Positions 48,547 through 64,000 of a stretch of 64,000 bases of DNA are shown piece after piece (within the stretch, counting starts at the first letter, position 1; every line of letters begins with the position of its first letter). The position numbers were made by a program, and so were the translations under genes. Origin of the DNA: the human T2T-CHM13v2.0 reference genome, Homo sapiens; the NCBI RefSeq assembly GCF_009914755.1, contig NC_060929.1, one strand, 5' to 3'. The notes beneath the pieces were generated by a model. That model was not told the DNA's origin, made no database searches, and was given only the letters and a program-made list of their open reading frames with translations.

Positions 48547-48698
48547 TGCCCAAAAGGAAGGTCAGCTCAGCACAAGGGGTGGTGAAGGAAGAGCCCAAGA
48601 GGAGATCAGTGAGGTTGTCAGCTAAACCTGCTCCTGCAAAAGTAGAAATGAAGCCAAAAAAAGTTAGCAGGAAGGGATAACTCTTCAGACAAAAAAGT
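48547..48698 (+). pseudogene. HMGN1: HMGN1 processed pseudogene, inverted 5' part (N-terminal CDS)
   Basis: Plus strand reads PKRKVSSAQGVVKEEPKRRSVRLSAKPAPAKVEMKPKK...SSDKKV. The A of the ATG is missing and there is a frameshift. The symbol refers to the parent gene. Confidence 0.95.
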
Positions 48699-48709
48699 AG
48701 CATTACAGC

Positions 48710-48763
48710 AAATTATTCAAGTGCAATTGTGTAAAAATTATTCAAATGCAATTGTGTAAAAAT
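48710..48763. repeat. 25-bp tandem duplication
   Basis: aaattattcaa(g/a)tgcaattgtgtaa occurs twice. Confidence 0.9.
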
Positions 48764-51289
48764 CCTCTTGACACAGAACAAGATAGAAAGACTTCAGACT
48801 ATCTCCTATTTCCACTGACCCCACCCATGTCATAACAAAACATACATTTCTTGGAAATGAGATGGTTCTAATTTTGTGTTACCACGTTCTTTCAGTGACA
48901 GTATATTGTCCATTCCAGTTGAAGAAAGAAATGTAATGTGGTAAATATCCAAGAAACCTTGGACAGAAGAGCCAGATTAGTCCACGGGCATCAGCACATT
49001 CCACACCTTATTTCTTATTGACTAGTATCAGATGAACTCAGTAGTCCATAAATCACAGAAGACTTTTGGAGTTCAGCCATTTTCCAAGAAACAGCGAAGT
49101 AAAGGCTGTGGGAGCCAACTGACTTGGCCAAAGCGTAAAGCTCGTAAATGTCAATTAGCCCACAAGAACAAGCATTTTGTGCCACCAAGCATGGGTATGT
49201 CAACTTTAGCAGTGCAGAGAACTCTTCCAACAAGTTTAAACAGGTTGTAAGTTTGTGTAGCATATTTGTCTTGTTTAGGGGATCATTTAATTTCAAAGCA
49301 CCTTGCCTCACCATCTTATATTATTTTTTTATATGCTATGTGTTAAGAAAGTTTGATTTCTGTTTGCTACAGATTCAGATAATCTGTTAGTCCCCATTAA
49401 TCTCTACCTTTTGGGTCCAAGGATGATACTCCTGGTTTTCATAAACTCCAGCCAAGACACCACATGCTTCTTCAACATCACAACACTTTCTTTCAGCCAA
49501 CAATTATATATTATTATGCTTGGTATTGTCTATTTGTGATCAGGTCCATTTCTACCCCTGGATTTGCCCAGACCCTGATATACTACTTTCCTATAACCTT
49601 TACTCTTTCTGCCTTATGAATCATCAAGTCAGATAAGATCCAACTAAAAAGTATTCATACATTCAATATATATTCATCTTGGGTTTCAGAAGGTTTTGGT
49701 ATCCGTCTATTAATTGTTCTGTTTCAAATGAATGTCCAATAAACAGCCAGTAATTGACATCCAAAGGAAATGTACCAGCAGCCTCAGGACATCCTGAGGC
49801 CAGAAACAGGCTGGTCTTGTTGACCCTTTCTGGGACCTATCAAGGGGTTCATGCCACCCCACAGTTGAAGACAGATACCAAGAAAGATAGCCATGATGGG
49901 AACCATGAGAACATTCAGAACCAGAAATGCTCCATATGGGTAGTGATATGCTTAATCTGAACTACAGGGGATGGCCCAGTTGGTCCAAGAAAGTTTACAG
50001 ACTGTAGAGCATGCCTAAACTTCCAGACTAGGACAGTCTGCCCTTATAACAAAATCTCTGCTTTACCTAAGTGCTCTCAGTACTGATCAAGCCTTTATCT
50101 CATGCAACCTTGACGTGAATCCTCAGAGGATAAACACCCAGGCATGGTTATGGGGAAAAGGAAGAGAAACCATATGCATGAGCAAATTACAGCTTCAACA
50201 TGTGCGGTGGGGCTGTTTCCAAAAACAGAGGAGGGCTTATAAGTAGGTGTTCGGTTGGAACTCCATTGTAGAGAGTAGTGAAAATGTGGAGTGGAACAAT
50301 ATTTGAAGTATGCACAAACGCCAGATAACCTGGCCAAAGAGTAAACAGTTTGTCCCTCACAAACAAGACAAGTAGTCCCATTATGGGTCATTTGTCCTTT
50401 GGCTATATTAGAAAATATTTCTCAAAGTTATAACACCTGAATTATTGGAACTTTCTGGTACCCTAATTTTAACACAGGAGGAAGTATTGTCCTGTGGTAA
50501 ATGAATACAAAGTTCACCGGGTAAAATTTTTTAAATGCTGGACCTGACTCTAGAAGTCAGGTATATACATCCTTTAAATGTATATCCTGTTCCACTGCAT
50601 TAAATGCTATGTGTGGTCTAGAATATGTGCACCCCTAAATTTAAACATGTACATCCTTAAAGTGAGCCTCCTTTTGACATGTAGATTAGAGCTTGGAAGG
50701 CTTTGGGGGAATACCACAAGTGGAGTTCTGACTGAATAAATGATGTTGCCTTCACTCATCTGACTGCCAAGCACACCATGGGATGAGTAGTAAAGAAGCA
50801 CAGGAAGTGAAATGCGCTTGATCATCTGCATCAACAAATGCTTTTGAGTCTAGTCACATGGCAGTCACTGTAATAGGTTTGAAGATAGGGGAAGAAAAGA
50901 TCCTTGCTCTCAAGAACTTACAGATGAACAAAGAGTACAGACAATGATTCAGAAAATGTACTTGTTTTGATAGGGATATACATAAAATGCAACGGAAACA
51001 TTGCAGTGGGGGCTATCACAGAATTTGGATGGATAGTGTGTGTGTGTTGTTGGGGGGTGGTTGGACTACATCACAGGAAACTTCTTGTAGGTAATGACCT
51101 CTAACTTGGAAACTGAAGGATGTTTAAGAATTAGCAGAGGAGTATTAAGGTACAGGCTAAGCTGCTCTCCAGTGCCTCAACAAGTTACAAATTTATCTCT
51201 TCATTTTATAAAAATTCCAACATGGGAAGGTAGTGCAAGGATGTAGGAAGCTCTACATCATTACGTCATTTAGGAACCCTAGTTCCTAC

Positions 51290-51806
51290 TGTCAAGAACA
51301 TGAAGGGTCTGAGATTTTATCTACTTGTGAGATAATGATTTCACATGTCATAGTTCCATGAATGGAAACAGATACGAGATTCCTGGGTCAGAGCAACAAC
51401 GGACCGTATTAGTCAACGCAATAGTGGGAGCCAGAATATCAGCATTTGTTCCAGTTACCTGAGGCTCAAATCTCACAGGACACAATGAAAGGAGCAGGAG
51501 ACATCTGTACTGGCAGTGGTTTACTTTATAAGAAAGGAACCCTAAACTTTGAAAATGAAATCTTTCATAATCAGTAGTAAGTCTGCCTGACTTTTGCCCC
51601 AGAGGAAGACATTGTTTTTACTATCCTGAGTAGTTAACACATTTTCCCAGTGCTCTGGAAGAAGACACTATCTCTATCTTCCAAGGCTGTTTGCTATACC
51701 ATGGGCCTTGAAAAGAAAAGAAGAAAACAGAGTAATTCAGAACCCCTGCTCAAAGCTGGGCAGAAAAGGCAGAAAAGTAAGACCCATGGAGAATTGTCTT
51801 TCAATG
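51290..51806 (-). mobile_element. ERVL-class solo LTR (LTR40-like)
   Basis: gacactatctctatcttccaaggctgtttgctata...gacccatggagaattgtctttcaa is the reverse of an LTR40-type start. Confidence 0.65.
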
Positions 51807-52556
51807 CCTTTTTTTTTAAATTTATTATTATTATACTTTAAGTTTTAGGGTACATGTGCGCAATGTGCAGGTTAGTTACATATGTATACATGTGACATGC
51901 TGGTGTGCTGCACCCACTAACTCGTCATCTAGCATTAAGTATATCTCCCAATGCTATCCCTCCCCCCTCCCCCCACCCCGCAACAGTCCCCAGAGTGTCA
52001 TGTTCCCCTTCCTGTGTCCATGTATTCTCATTGTTCAATTCCCACCTATGAGTGAGAATATGCAGTGTTTGGTTTTTTGTTCTTGCAATAGTTTACTGAG
52101 AATGATGATTTCCAATTTCATCCATGTCCCTACAAAGGACATGAACTCATCCTTTTTTATGGCTGCATTGTATTCCATGGTGTATATGTGCCACATTTTC
52201 TTAATCCAGTCTATCATTGTTGGACATTTGGGTTGGTTCCAAGTCTTTGCTATTGTGAATAATGCCGCAATAAACATATGTGTGCATGTGTCTTTAAAGC
52301 AGCATGATTTATAGTCCTTTGGGTATATACCCAGTAATGGGATGGCTGGGTCAAATGGTATTTCTAGTTCTAGATCCCTGAGGAATCACCACACTGACTT
52401 CCACAATGGTTGAACTAGTTTACAGTCCCACCAACAGTGTAAAAGTGTTCCTATTTCTCCACATCCTCTCCAGCACCTGTTGTTTCCTGACTTTTTAATG
52501 ATTGCCATTCTAAGTGGTGTGAGATGGTATCTCACTGTGGTTTTGATTTGCATTTC

Positions 52557-55861
<3,305 letters not shown>

Positions 55862-55924
55862 TATGATGTTAGCTGGTTATTTTGCTCGTTAGTTGATGGA
55901 GTTTCTTCCTAGTCTCGATGGTCT

Positions 55925-56940
55925 TTACATTTTGGCATGATTTTGCAGTGGCTGGTACTGGTTGTTCCTTTCCATGTTTAGCACTTCCTTCAGGAGCTCT
56001 TTTAGGGCAGGACTGGTGGTGACAAAATCTCTGAGCATTTGCTTGTCTGTAAAGGATGTTATTTCTCCTTGACTTATGAAGCTTAGTTTGGCTGGATATG
56101 AAATTCTGGGTTGAAAATTCTTTTCTTTGAGAATGTTGAATATTGGCCCCCACTCTCTTCTGGCTTGTAGATTTTCTGCCAAAAGATCCACTGATAGTCT
56201 AATGGGCTTCCCTTTGAGGGTAACCCGACCTTTCTCTCTGGCTGCCCTTAACATTTTTTCCTTCATTTCAACTTTGGTGAATCTGACAATTATGTGTCTT
56301 GGAGTTGCTCTTCTCGAGGGGTATCTTTGTGGCGTTCTCTGCATTTCCTGAATCTGAATGTTGGCCTGCCTTGCTAGATTGGGGAAGTTCTCCTGGATAA
56401 TATCCTGCAGAGTGTTTTCCAACTTGGTTCCATTCTCCCCGTCACTTTCAGGTCCCCAATCAGACGTAGATTTGGTCTTTTCACACAGTCCCATATTTCT
56501 TGGAGGCTTTGCTCATTTCTTTTTATTCTTTTTTCTCTATACTTTCTTTCTTGCTTCATTTCATGCATTTCATCGTCCATCACTGATACCCTTTCTTCCA
56601 GTTGATCGCACCGGCTCCTGAGGCTTCTGCATTCTTCACGTAGTTCTCGAGCCTTGGTTTTCAGCTCCATCAGCTCCTTTAAGCACTTCTCTGTATTGGT
56701 TATTCTAGTTATACATTCTTCTAAATTTTTTTCGAAGTTTTCGACTTCTTTGCCTTTGGTTTGAATGTCCTCCCGTAGCTCGGAGTAATTTGATCGTCTG
56801 AAGCCTTCTTCTCTCAGCTCGTCAAAGTCATTCTCCATCCAGCTTTGTTCCGTTGCTGGTGAGGAACTGCATTCCTTTGGAGGAGGAGAGGCGCTCTGCT
56901 TTTTAGAGTTTCCAGTTTTTCTGCTCTGTTTTTTCCCCAT
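55925..56940 (-). pseudogene. Frameshifted L1 ORF1 of L1-B
   Basis: MGKKQSRKTGNSKKQSASPPPKE... in one frame and ...QPLQNHAKM* in another. The frameshift is near 56455. Confidence 0.95.
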
Positions 56941-57183
56941 CTTTGTGGTTTTATCTACTTTTGGTCTTTGATGATGGTGATGTACAGATGGGTTTTTGAT
57001 GTGGATGTCCTTTCTGTTTGTTAGTTTTCCTTCTAAAAGACAGGACCCTCAGCTGCAGGTCTGTTGGAGTACTGGGCCCTGTGAGCTGTCAGTGTGCCCC
57101 TGCTGGGGGGTACCTCCCAGTTAGGCTGCTCGGGGGTCAGGGGTCAGGGGCCTTCCAATGCCTTCTATCTCTGTCCTCTAGGG

Positions 57184-57370
57184 CAGGAATTGGCAAACTA
57201 TGGCTTGCAAGAAAAATCTGTCCTGTGTCCTGTGTCTGTAAGTAAAATTTTACTGGAACACAGCCATGCACATTCATTTATGTACTCTCCATGGCTCCTT
57301 TAGTGGCATAAATGAGTAGTTGCAACAGAGATTGTATGGCCTATTTACAGAAAAAATTAGCCAACCTCTG
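57184..57370. mobile_element. MER58A-type hAT MITE
   Basis: caggaattggcaaact...ttagccaacctctg, with a perfect 8-bp TSD ctctaggg. Confidence 0.85.
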
Positions 57371-57550
57371 CTCTAGGGTATGGCCCTCTTCCATCTGATT
57401 AAAGCTGGTTGATGAGTACCATATCCACAATCCAGTGTACAGGAAGAGGGAAAAGAGGAAGGAGAGGCAAACAATTTCCTATTTAAAGCATCTGACCCAG
57501 AAGTTGACTTCTGTTTCACTTCTTACTGACCAGAACTTAGTCACATGTTT

Positions 57551-58093
57551 TGTCAGGAGTCCCCAGAGTTTTCCCAGTTTCATGGATTCATTAGAGGAAC
57601 TCACAGGACTTACCATATAGTTGTACTCATGGCCAACATTTATTGCTGCAAAGGATACAAAGGAAAATAAGCAAAAGGAAAAGGCACTTGGGGCAAAGTC
57701 CAGAGGAAATCAGCTGCAAACTCCTCAGAGTGCTTTCCCAGTGGAGTCACCCAGGATGTGCTTAATTCCTCCTGCAACAAATTGTGAGAAATATAAAATT
57801 CTATCTACCAGGAGAGTTAATTAGAGATGCAGTACCAGGGTTTTAATTGGGATTGGTCATGTCGGCCCTCTCTGCCTGAGCATATCCCCAGATTCTAGAC
57901 TCTCAGAGGAAAGAAGATATTCAGCATTAGCTATATTTCTTGTACAGTTTAGTTACAGTGAGCCACTCATACTGGGGACTGGTGAGAACCCTCCTGAAAT
58001 CCAGGTTCCTAGATGCAAGCCAAAGGTCACCCTTCCAAGTAGGCCTTACTAAGGAGAGCAGACTCAGCCTGCTATGTGAACTCTTCATGGCAC
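57551..58093 (-). mobile_element. MER21-type LTR inserted in an older MLT1 LTR
   Basis: tgtcaggagtcccc...gaggaactcacaggact...atagttgtactcatggc. MLT1-like flanks (cagaacttagtcacatg). Confidence 0.7.
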
Positions 58094-58244
58094 ACATGCC
58101 TACACTCAGCTCCAATGGAGGCTGAGGACTGCAGTCTAATGAAGTGACTGTGTGCCCAACTAAAACTTGGGAGGTTAGATTATTAAAAGCAAGATGAATA
58201 ATGGATACTGTGTCTGCTGCAAAGGGAAGACAAGGGACCAGGGT

Positions 58245-58412
58245 AGAGTTTCTCAACCCCATCATGATAGACATTTTGGGCTGGACAGTTCTTTGTTGTT
58301 GGGGGCTGCCCTGTGCTATCAGTAGAACCCTTCTCAGTCCTGACAATCAAAAATGTCTCCAGATATTGCCAAATGTGCTTTATGGGGCACAGTTGTTCCA
58401 AGTGAGATCTAA
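58245..58412. mobile_element. MER20 hAT MITE
   Basis: tttctcaacc...gacattttgggctggacagttctttgttg...caaaaatgtctccagatattgccaaatgt. Confidence 0.8.
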
Positions 58413-58429
58413 GCCAGTGTGTGAAGTCC

Positions 58430-58990
58430 GGAGAGATCAGGCCTTGCTCATGAAACCTCAAGTAGTTCGTTATACTCCGAATGTAAAATGTGAGATGGAG
58501 AGTGGCAAGACATAAGGCTGAAGCTGCAAGCTGCAAGCTGGGGCCAGGTTTCAAAGCAGTTGTGTGCCATAATGGGAGTTTGGAGTTTAAGAAATCAATT
58601 AAAGATTTGAGAGCTACTGGGAGATGTTTAAACCAAGGATCATATTTGATTTTCAAAAAACCAATTTGACCTACACATGAAGAATTAATTGAAAGATAAA
58701 CAGTATGGAGTCAGGGAGACTAATTAGAGGAATGTTTTGCTTACTCAGATATGAAATTTTGAGGAACAAAATGAAGACATTAGCAGTTGAGAAGAAAAGA
58801 TGGGTTTGAAATAGAAATAGAAAGAAGACTTGATAACTGATTAGAGATGGTAGAATTTCACTTGGGGCATCTGGGTAAATAGGTTACCATTCAGTGAGAT
58901 AACAAAGAAAAGGAGAACAAAGTAAGTGGAAGAGTGATCAGATCCCTCTTTGACTTACTGTTTGACATGATCGTGGAATTTCCAACAGGG
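58430..58990 (-). mobile_element. L2 fragment
   Basis: ggagtcagggagactaattagagg and cttggggcatctgggtaaatagg are L2-like. Boundaries are approximate. Confidence 0.5.
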
Positions 58991-60967
58991 ACTGATGATA
59001 TGTGATGAATTATCTGATATTTAGACACTTGGTACAATGTGGGCAGTAAGATATGAAACCCTCACACACAATCAACTATGGCCAATGTTCCTTTCCTACT
59101 TAAATTTTAAAACCTGATGTCTTACTTTTAATAGTATATAAAACTACTGTTCCACCAACCTTTTTGGATGGGGAGAATGACTCCTTCATTCAAATTTTAT
59201 TCAGATGGATTTTTAAATATTGCAATTTACTAGCTACTCAAACATACTCATTTCTGCCTGGACTAAGTGTCATTTCTTGGGCATGATTAATGTTTTGGCT
59301 TTAGTATCTGTTTTCTGCTTTGAGAACATATAATCTACTGGCATTCAGTGCTCTCAAGTAGAGATAATCCTTGCAGGGAGTGAAGTACAAAAAATTTAAG
59401 CACAGTTATAGACACCACTATTCGGAGGTTAAAACAATTTAACCAGATGGCATTTCATACTGGTGACTATGCTTAAAAGACTTCCTCATCTTCAGTAGAA
59501 GGTATGCTGTGTCTGGCAGAGTTGCTAAATTTGCATTTTCTTAGGCAAGATATGCATCACGTAGTTGAGAAATTTTTTGGAGATTAGTTACTTTCATTAC
59601 TAGTCAAGGCACAAAATGCTAAACCTTAGAGCACTGATTCTGAGCCCTTGCATACCTCAACCCGTAATAATAAGAGAAAGTTCCTGTATACATTCCTTGC
59701 AGAGTGTGATTTGAGAAAAAGCAGGGGGATGAAATTCAGGTTCTAGTCTTTAATGACTTGAACACAGATGTTGCTGTTGACAGGCGGAGATATGTTGAGT
59801 GTTGTTTCTCCATTTGCTTAGCAAGATTTGACATGTGGTGAGCCAGAATAGAAATCTGAAGAGTTGAATCAAGATGTGTTGAGAGAACTTTGGGTGTAAG
59901 AAGTGATAAAAGAAGCAGGTCTGGATATACAACATTAGGTGGCAGATGGAAACTTTTTCAAAAAATATCTTTCCAGGATTGCCTGCTTGGATAAACTGAT
60001 TGGTAAATTTAGTTGTCCTTAGAAAAGAATTTTTAAAATACAGAGGATACACAGCCAGTATATCATCACTCTAAACAAACAGTGCTCATTGTTCATCTAT
60101 GTGCATTTGTTCACATTATGATAAGTGCTTACAGATGGGTCTGGCAACCTGAACTGGAGGAAATAAAATAAGGTGATGGGGCTGGGGTGGGGTGGGTTGT
60201 GCACTAGGTCCCAAACTACCAGTCTTCCAGGTCTTCGTGACTCATAGTCACTGGTTTCTAATGTTGGAAAAGGCCAGGCCATGTACCACAGATCTGTTAA
60301 CAAGAAGGATGAACAGATGCCGTTAAGACAGAGGACATTAATATTTATAGATCTCTTCTTTGATAAAAGAAAATAGTCATCCTTCAAAATATCTGTTGAG
60401 TGATAATACAGACCCGGCACCATTCCAAGCACTAGATCTTTGTTCTTAATATTGCCACATCTTAAGCATGAGCCAGTTGGATATTCTGTACTGCCCGTAA
60501 AAGCCAGGAGTTAATTTACTGCTGCAAAATACTCTTCTCTCACCAACCATCCTTGCTAAATTTTGAAACTTTATTCATTATTTTTAAATTGTCTACCACA
60601 TCTTTTTCTCCTTTGTGACTGTGCAGACCTGTTTTATTTTTTGCAACTAAGATAAGTAGACTAGATGAGCTTCATTGCCAGGAGAAATCACCTCCCATTT
60701 AATGCATTGAGGTTGCCTTCAGGCCAGTCTTCTCAAAGAGAGTGCTATGGACCTCATGCGTATTAAAATTCATATCCCATATTTTCATATCCCATTTTCA
60801 AATTAGCCTGTTAGCTGGCATTTTTAAAAAACCTTATAAAGTCACTAAGCTATTAATGACTGATACCCATGAGGAGGGTTATTCCTTTTCGAGTGTATTT
60901 TTCCTTCATTTATTCGTTCTATAAATATTTATTAATCCTTATGCTAGGCATTGGAAACATGGATTTT

Positions 60968-61400
60968 GTCACTCAGGGTCCTGAAAGGAAAAGCTGGCAC
61001 ACTTAAACTGTGTGATTTCAGGAGGATATCATAAACTGACTATTTACAAATTGTGAGTAGGTTGGAGTTAAGTCATGAAGAATGAACAGTGTTACTTCCT
61101 GGGGCTATTATCAGCAGGGGTGGTGAAGTCATTGCTACCACTAAAGAAGAGGTGAGAGGAGGAAGACTGAGTCAGAGAGAGCTGTGTGGAAAGGGCTAAC
61201 TGACAAGAAGCTGTGACCTTCAGTTCTAGGAAGCTGTCAGCTCTCGATGGCCTTGCAAGATGGACTTTGGGCAGAAATAAACATCTTGACCTCATTCTTT
61301 TCACATTATTCAATCTCCTGTGGCACCTTCTATTAATCAAAGCCCACAGAATATTGCTGATACCGTCAATGCAGATCAACTTTTTTTAGGACCATAGCAC
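60968..61400. mobile_element. Ancient ERVL/MaLR LTR fragment
   Basis: tgtcactcagggtcctgaaaggaaaagctggcacacttaaactg...gactatttacaaa. The subfamily is uncertain. Confidence 0.45.
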
Positions 61401-61495
61401 TGTGAGAATGCAGGGAAATAGGTCTGCAAAGATAAAAAAAAAAAAAAAGTATGTAACACAGATAAATAAGATAGTTCCTTCTCAGGAGCCTAGGG

Positions 61496-61685
61496 CAGTG
61501 CCTTCACATTTCACACTTCAGCAGACACAGGAGTGCCATGAAGGGCTTGGGAAAACATATTCTTTAGCCCTACATCCCAGCAGTTCCGACTCAGTAGATC
61601 TAGAGTAGGAGCAGAGAGTCAGCATTTCTACCATTTTTGCCTCTGCTGCTCTTCTATAGGTCACATTTTTGGGTAGCACTGGTCT
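61496..61685. mobile_element. MER5-type hAT MITE
   Basis: cagtg...ccgactcagtagatctagagtagg...gcatttcta...tttgggtagcactg. Confidence 0.6.
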
Positions 61686-62586
61686 GACATTTTGAGTCAG
61701 GGCAACACAAAACCCTAAAGAATGGACATCTAACAGTGGAATGTCCACTCTGTTACACTAGTTTAAGAGACATTGTGCTACTTTCTTAGCGCACTGTTGC
61801 CAAGCCTGCTTTCAAGGCAAGCTTATCTTATCTGGAAATCACTAAAAAAGAGACTTTTGAATTTGCAAGTAAGAATGTAAGAATGGTCATGGGCTTTAAA
61901 ACTTTTTCAGAGGATTCTTAAACAAATCTTCCTCTCTAAAGAAGCTATTGCCTTGTTTAGAGTAAGCAGGAGACATTTTATTCCCAGTGTGCACAAAGGT
62001 TAGTCTATATAGAGACACCATGTTTACTGTTGAAATATATGTAATTTAAACATTTTTAATTAAAAGAGAATTGACATCAGGTTTTTGTTAACAATTTTCT
62101 ATAATAATTTTTTACAAGCTATGATGGTTAATTTTGTGTTTCAACTTTACTGCACTAAGGGACTTCCAGATAGTTGGCAAAAGATTATTTTTAGGTGTCC
62201 GTAAGGGTGTTCTGGAAGAGATCCTCATTTGAATTGATGAAGTGGGTAAAGCAGATGGCCCTTCCCCACGTGGGTGGGCATCATCCAATCTACCGAGGTC
62301 CTAAATAGAACAAAAATGGCAGAGGAAGGGCAAATTCACTGTCTCTAATTGGGCTGAAACATCCAGCTTCTCCTGCCCTCAGATTTTGGCGTTCTAGCTC
62401 CTTGGACCCAGACCAGAAGTTACACCACAACCATCCTCTCCCAGACTCTCAGGCCTTTGGATTCAGACGTGATTACACCACCAGCTTTCCTGGTTCTCCA
62501 TTTGCAGGTTCTCTGCAGCAGATTATGGGACTTTCTGGTTTCCAAAACTGCATAAGCCAATTTCTATAATAAATCTCCTCTTATCT

Positions 62587-63334
62587 TGTATTAGTCTGTT
62601 TTCACATTGCTATAAAGAACTACCTGAGATGGGGTAATTTATAAAGAAAAGAGGCTTAGTTGACATAGTTCTGCAGGCTGTACAAGAAGCATGGCTGGGA
62701 GGCCTCAGGAAACTTATAATCATGACTCTGAAGGTGAAGGAGAAGCAAGCATGTCCTACCAAGATGGAGCAAGGGCAGGGGAGGGGAGAGAGGGTGGGGG
62801 TCCGGGGTAAGTGCCACATGCTTAAACAAACAGATCTCATGGGAACTCACTCACAAGACAGCAATAAGGGGACAGTACTAAAGCATTAGAAAATACCCCC
62901 ATCAGCCGGGTGCAGTGGCTCACGCCTATAATCCCAGCACTTTGAGAGGCCCAGACGGGCGGATCACGAGGTCAGGAGGTCGAGACCATCCTGGCTAACA
63001 CAGTGAAACCCCCTCTCTACTGAAAATACAAAAAAATTAGCCGGGCGTGGTGGTGGGCGCCTGTAGTCCCAGCTACTCGGGAGGCTGAGGCAGGAGAATT
63101 GTGTGAACAGGAGGCAGAGCTTGCAGTGGGCCCAGATCGCACCACTGCACTCCAGCCTGGGCGACAGAGCGAGACTCCATCTCAGGAAAAAAAAAAAAAA
63201 AAAAAGAAAATTAAAATTAAAAAAAAGAAAATACCCCCATCATCCAATTACCTCCCACAAGGCTCCTGCTTCAACACGTGGAGTTTACAATTTGACATGA
63301 GATTTAGGTGAGAACGCAAAGCCAAACCATATCA
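62587..63334 (-). mobile_element. MSTA solo LTR
   Basis: tgtattagtctgttttcac...ccaaaccatatca, with perfect TSD tatct. Confidence 0.9.
62904..63225 (+). mobile_element. AluY
   Basis: AluY diagnostics and a perfect 16-bp TSD agaaaatacccccatc. Confidence 0.96.
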
Positions 63335-64000
63335 TATCTGTATTTATATCAGTATCATCTATATCTCTTCTATTGGTTCTCTTCTTTGGAAAACCCTAAT
63401 ACATAAGGAAACTATCAAATGAAAAAAAAATAAACAACAAAACATTTGTAGGAAGCATGCAAGAAAGCATGGGAAGCAGTCTCTCAAATATTCTTGAATA
63501 AGCAAAATTCCTTCTTATTAGTGATTCTTTCTTTAGCATCATGTCATGAGAACAATGTACAGCTAAACAACAATAATGAGGAGAGTGGCTCAGAGATAAA
63601 GTACCCAGGGACTAGCGAATAAGGGAGAATCAAAGTGTTTGAACTGATGGATCAATCACTTTGCACATGTATAAATTGGTATCTCACTTCAAAAATATTG
63701 TTATTTCCCATTAGCTACTCTGAATTCTCTCATTCCTTTATCAGTCAAGTTTCTCCTTAGAGGAGAGCAAACTCATTGTTCTAATTTTTTATGTCGCATT
63801 CATCTTTTGCCTGTTGATTTCTGACTCCTAACTCATCCAAAACTGCATTGACAATAGTTGACATTGGCTGTTTGACCTCTCAGCTGCATTTGATGACATG
63901 GACCTCTTCTTTTTCTCATTGGTTTCTGTTTTATTACTTTCTTCTGGGTCATCTCCTACTTTCTTGATGATTTCTTCTTATAACCCTATAATATCTGACT

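Larger units (their letters stand above)
62120..63403 (+). mobile_element. MLT2 solo LTR (ERVL) with nested MSTA and AluY
   Basis: Starts tatgatggttaattttgtgtttcaact and ends ctattggttctc...accctaataca. Confidence 0.85.

Noticed and set aside
48410-48703. Chimeric sense/antisense HMGN1 ORFs (86 aa on + and 97 aa on -) across the inversion junction
   Set aside because: By-products of the inversion. The + ORF starts at TTG, the RRSARLSA core is mutated to RRSVRLSA, and there is no evidence of expression.
49770-50090. Possible ancient LTR fragment
   Set aside because: The resemblance is only vague, and I could not define termini or a family.

Overview
Primate, most likely human, genomic DNA. 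It is AT-rich and dense in interspersed repeats, and looks intergenic or deep-intronic. I recognise no intact protein-coding gene, RNA gene or prokaryote-type system. The long ORFs belong to two 5'-truncated, disrupted minus-strand LINE-1 copies (41817-46515 and 51811-57151). The window also holds a near full-length Hsmar1 mariner fossil, a MADE1 MITE, a large old L1M element, Alus, MaLR/ERV solo LTRs, hAT MITEs, MIR/L2 fragments and an HMGN1 retrocopy with a 5' inversion. The main observations are: (1) the two neighbouring L1s are of different subfamily type yet share at least 10 non-consensus substitutions, which suggests local gene conversion; (2) one L1 carries an apparent short 3' transduction; (3) the HMGN1 retrocopy shows twin-priming structure and ancestral residues; (4) an 88-bp unique sequence is duplicated 2 kb apart and overlaps exon-like signals; (5) there are two strong CTCF motifs. 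Subfamily calls come from remembered consensus sequences, not from a database search.
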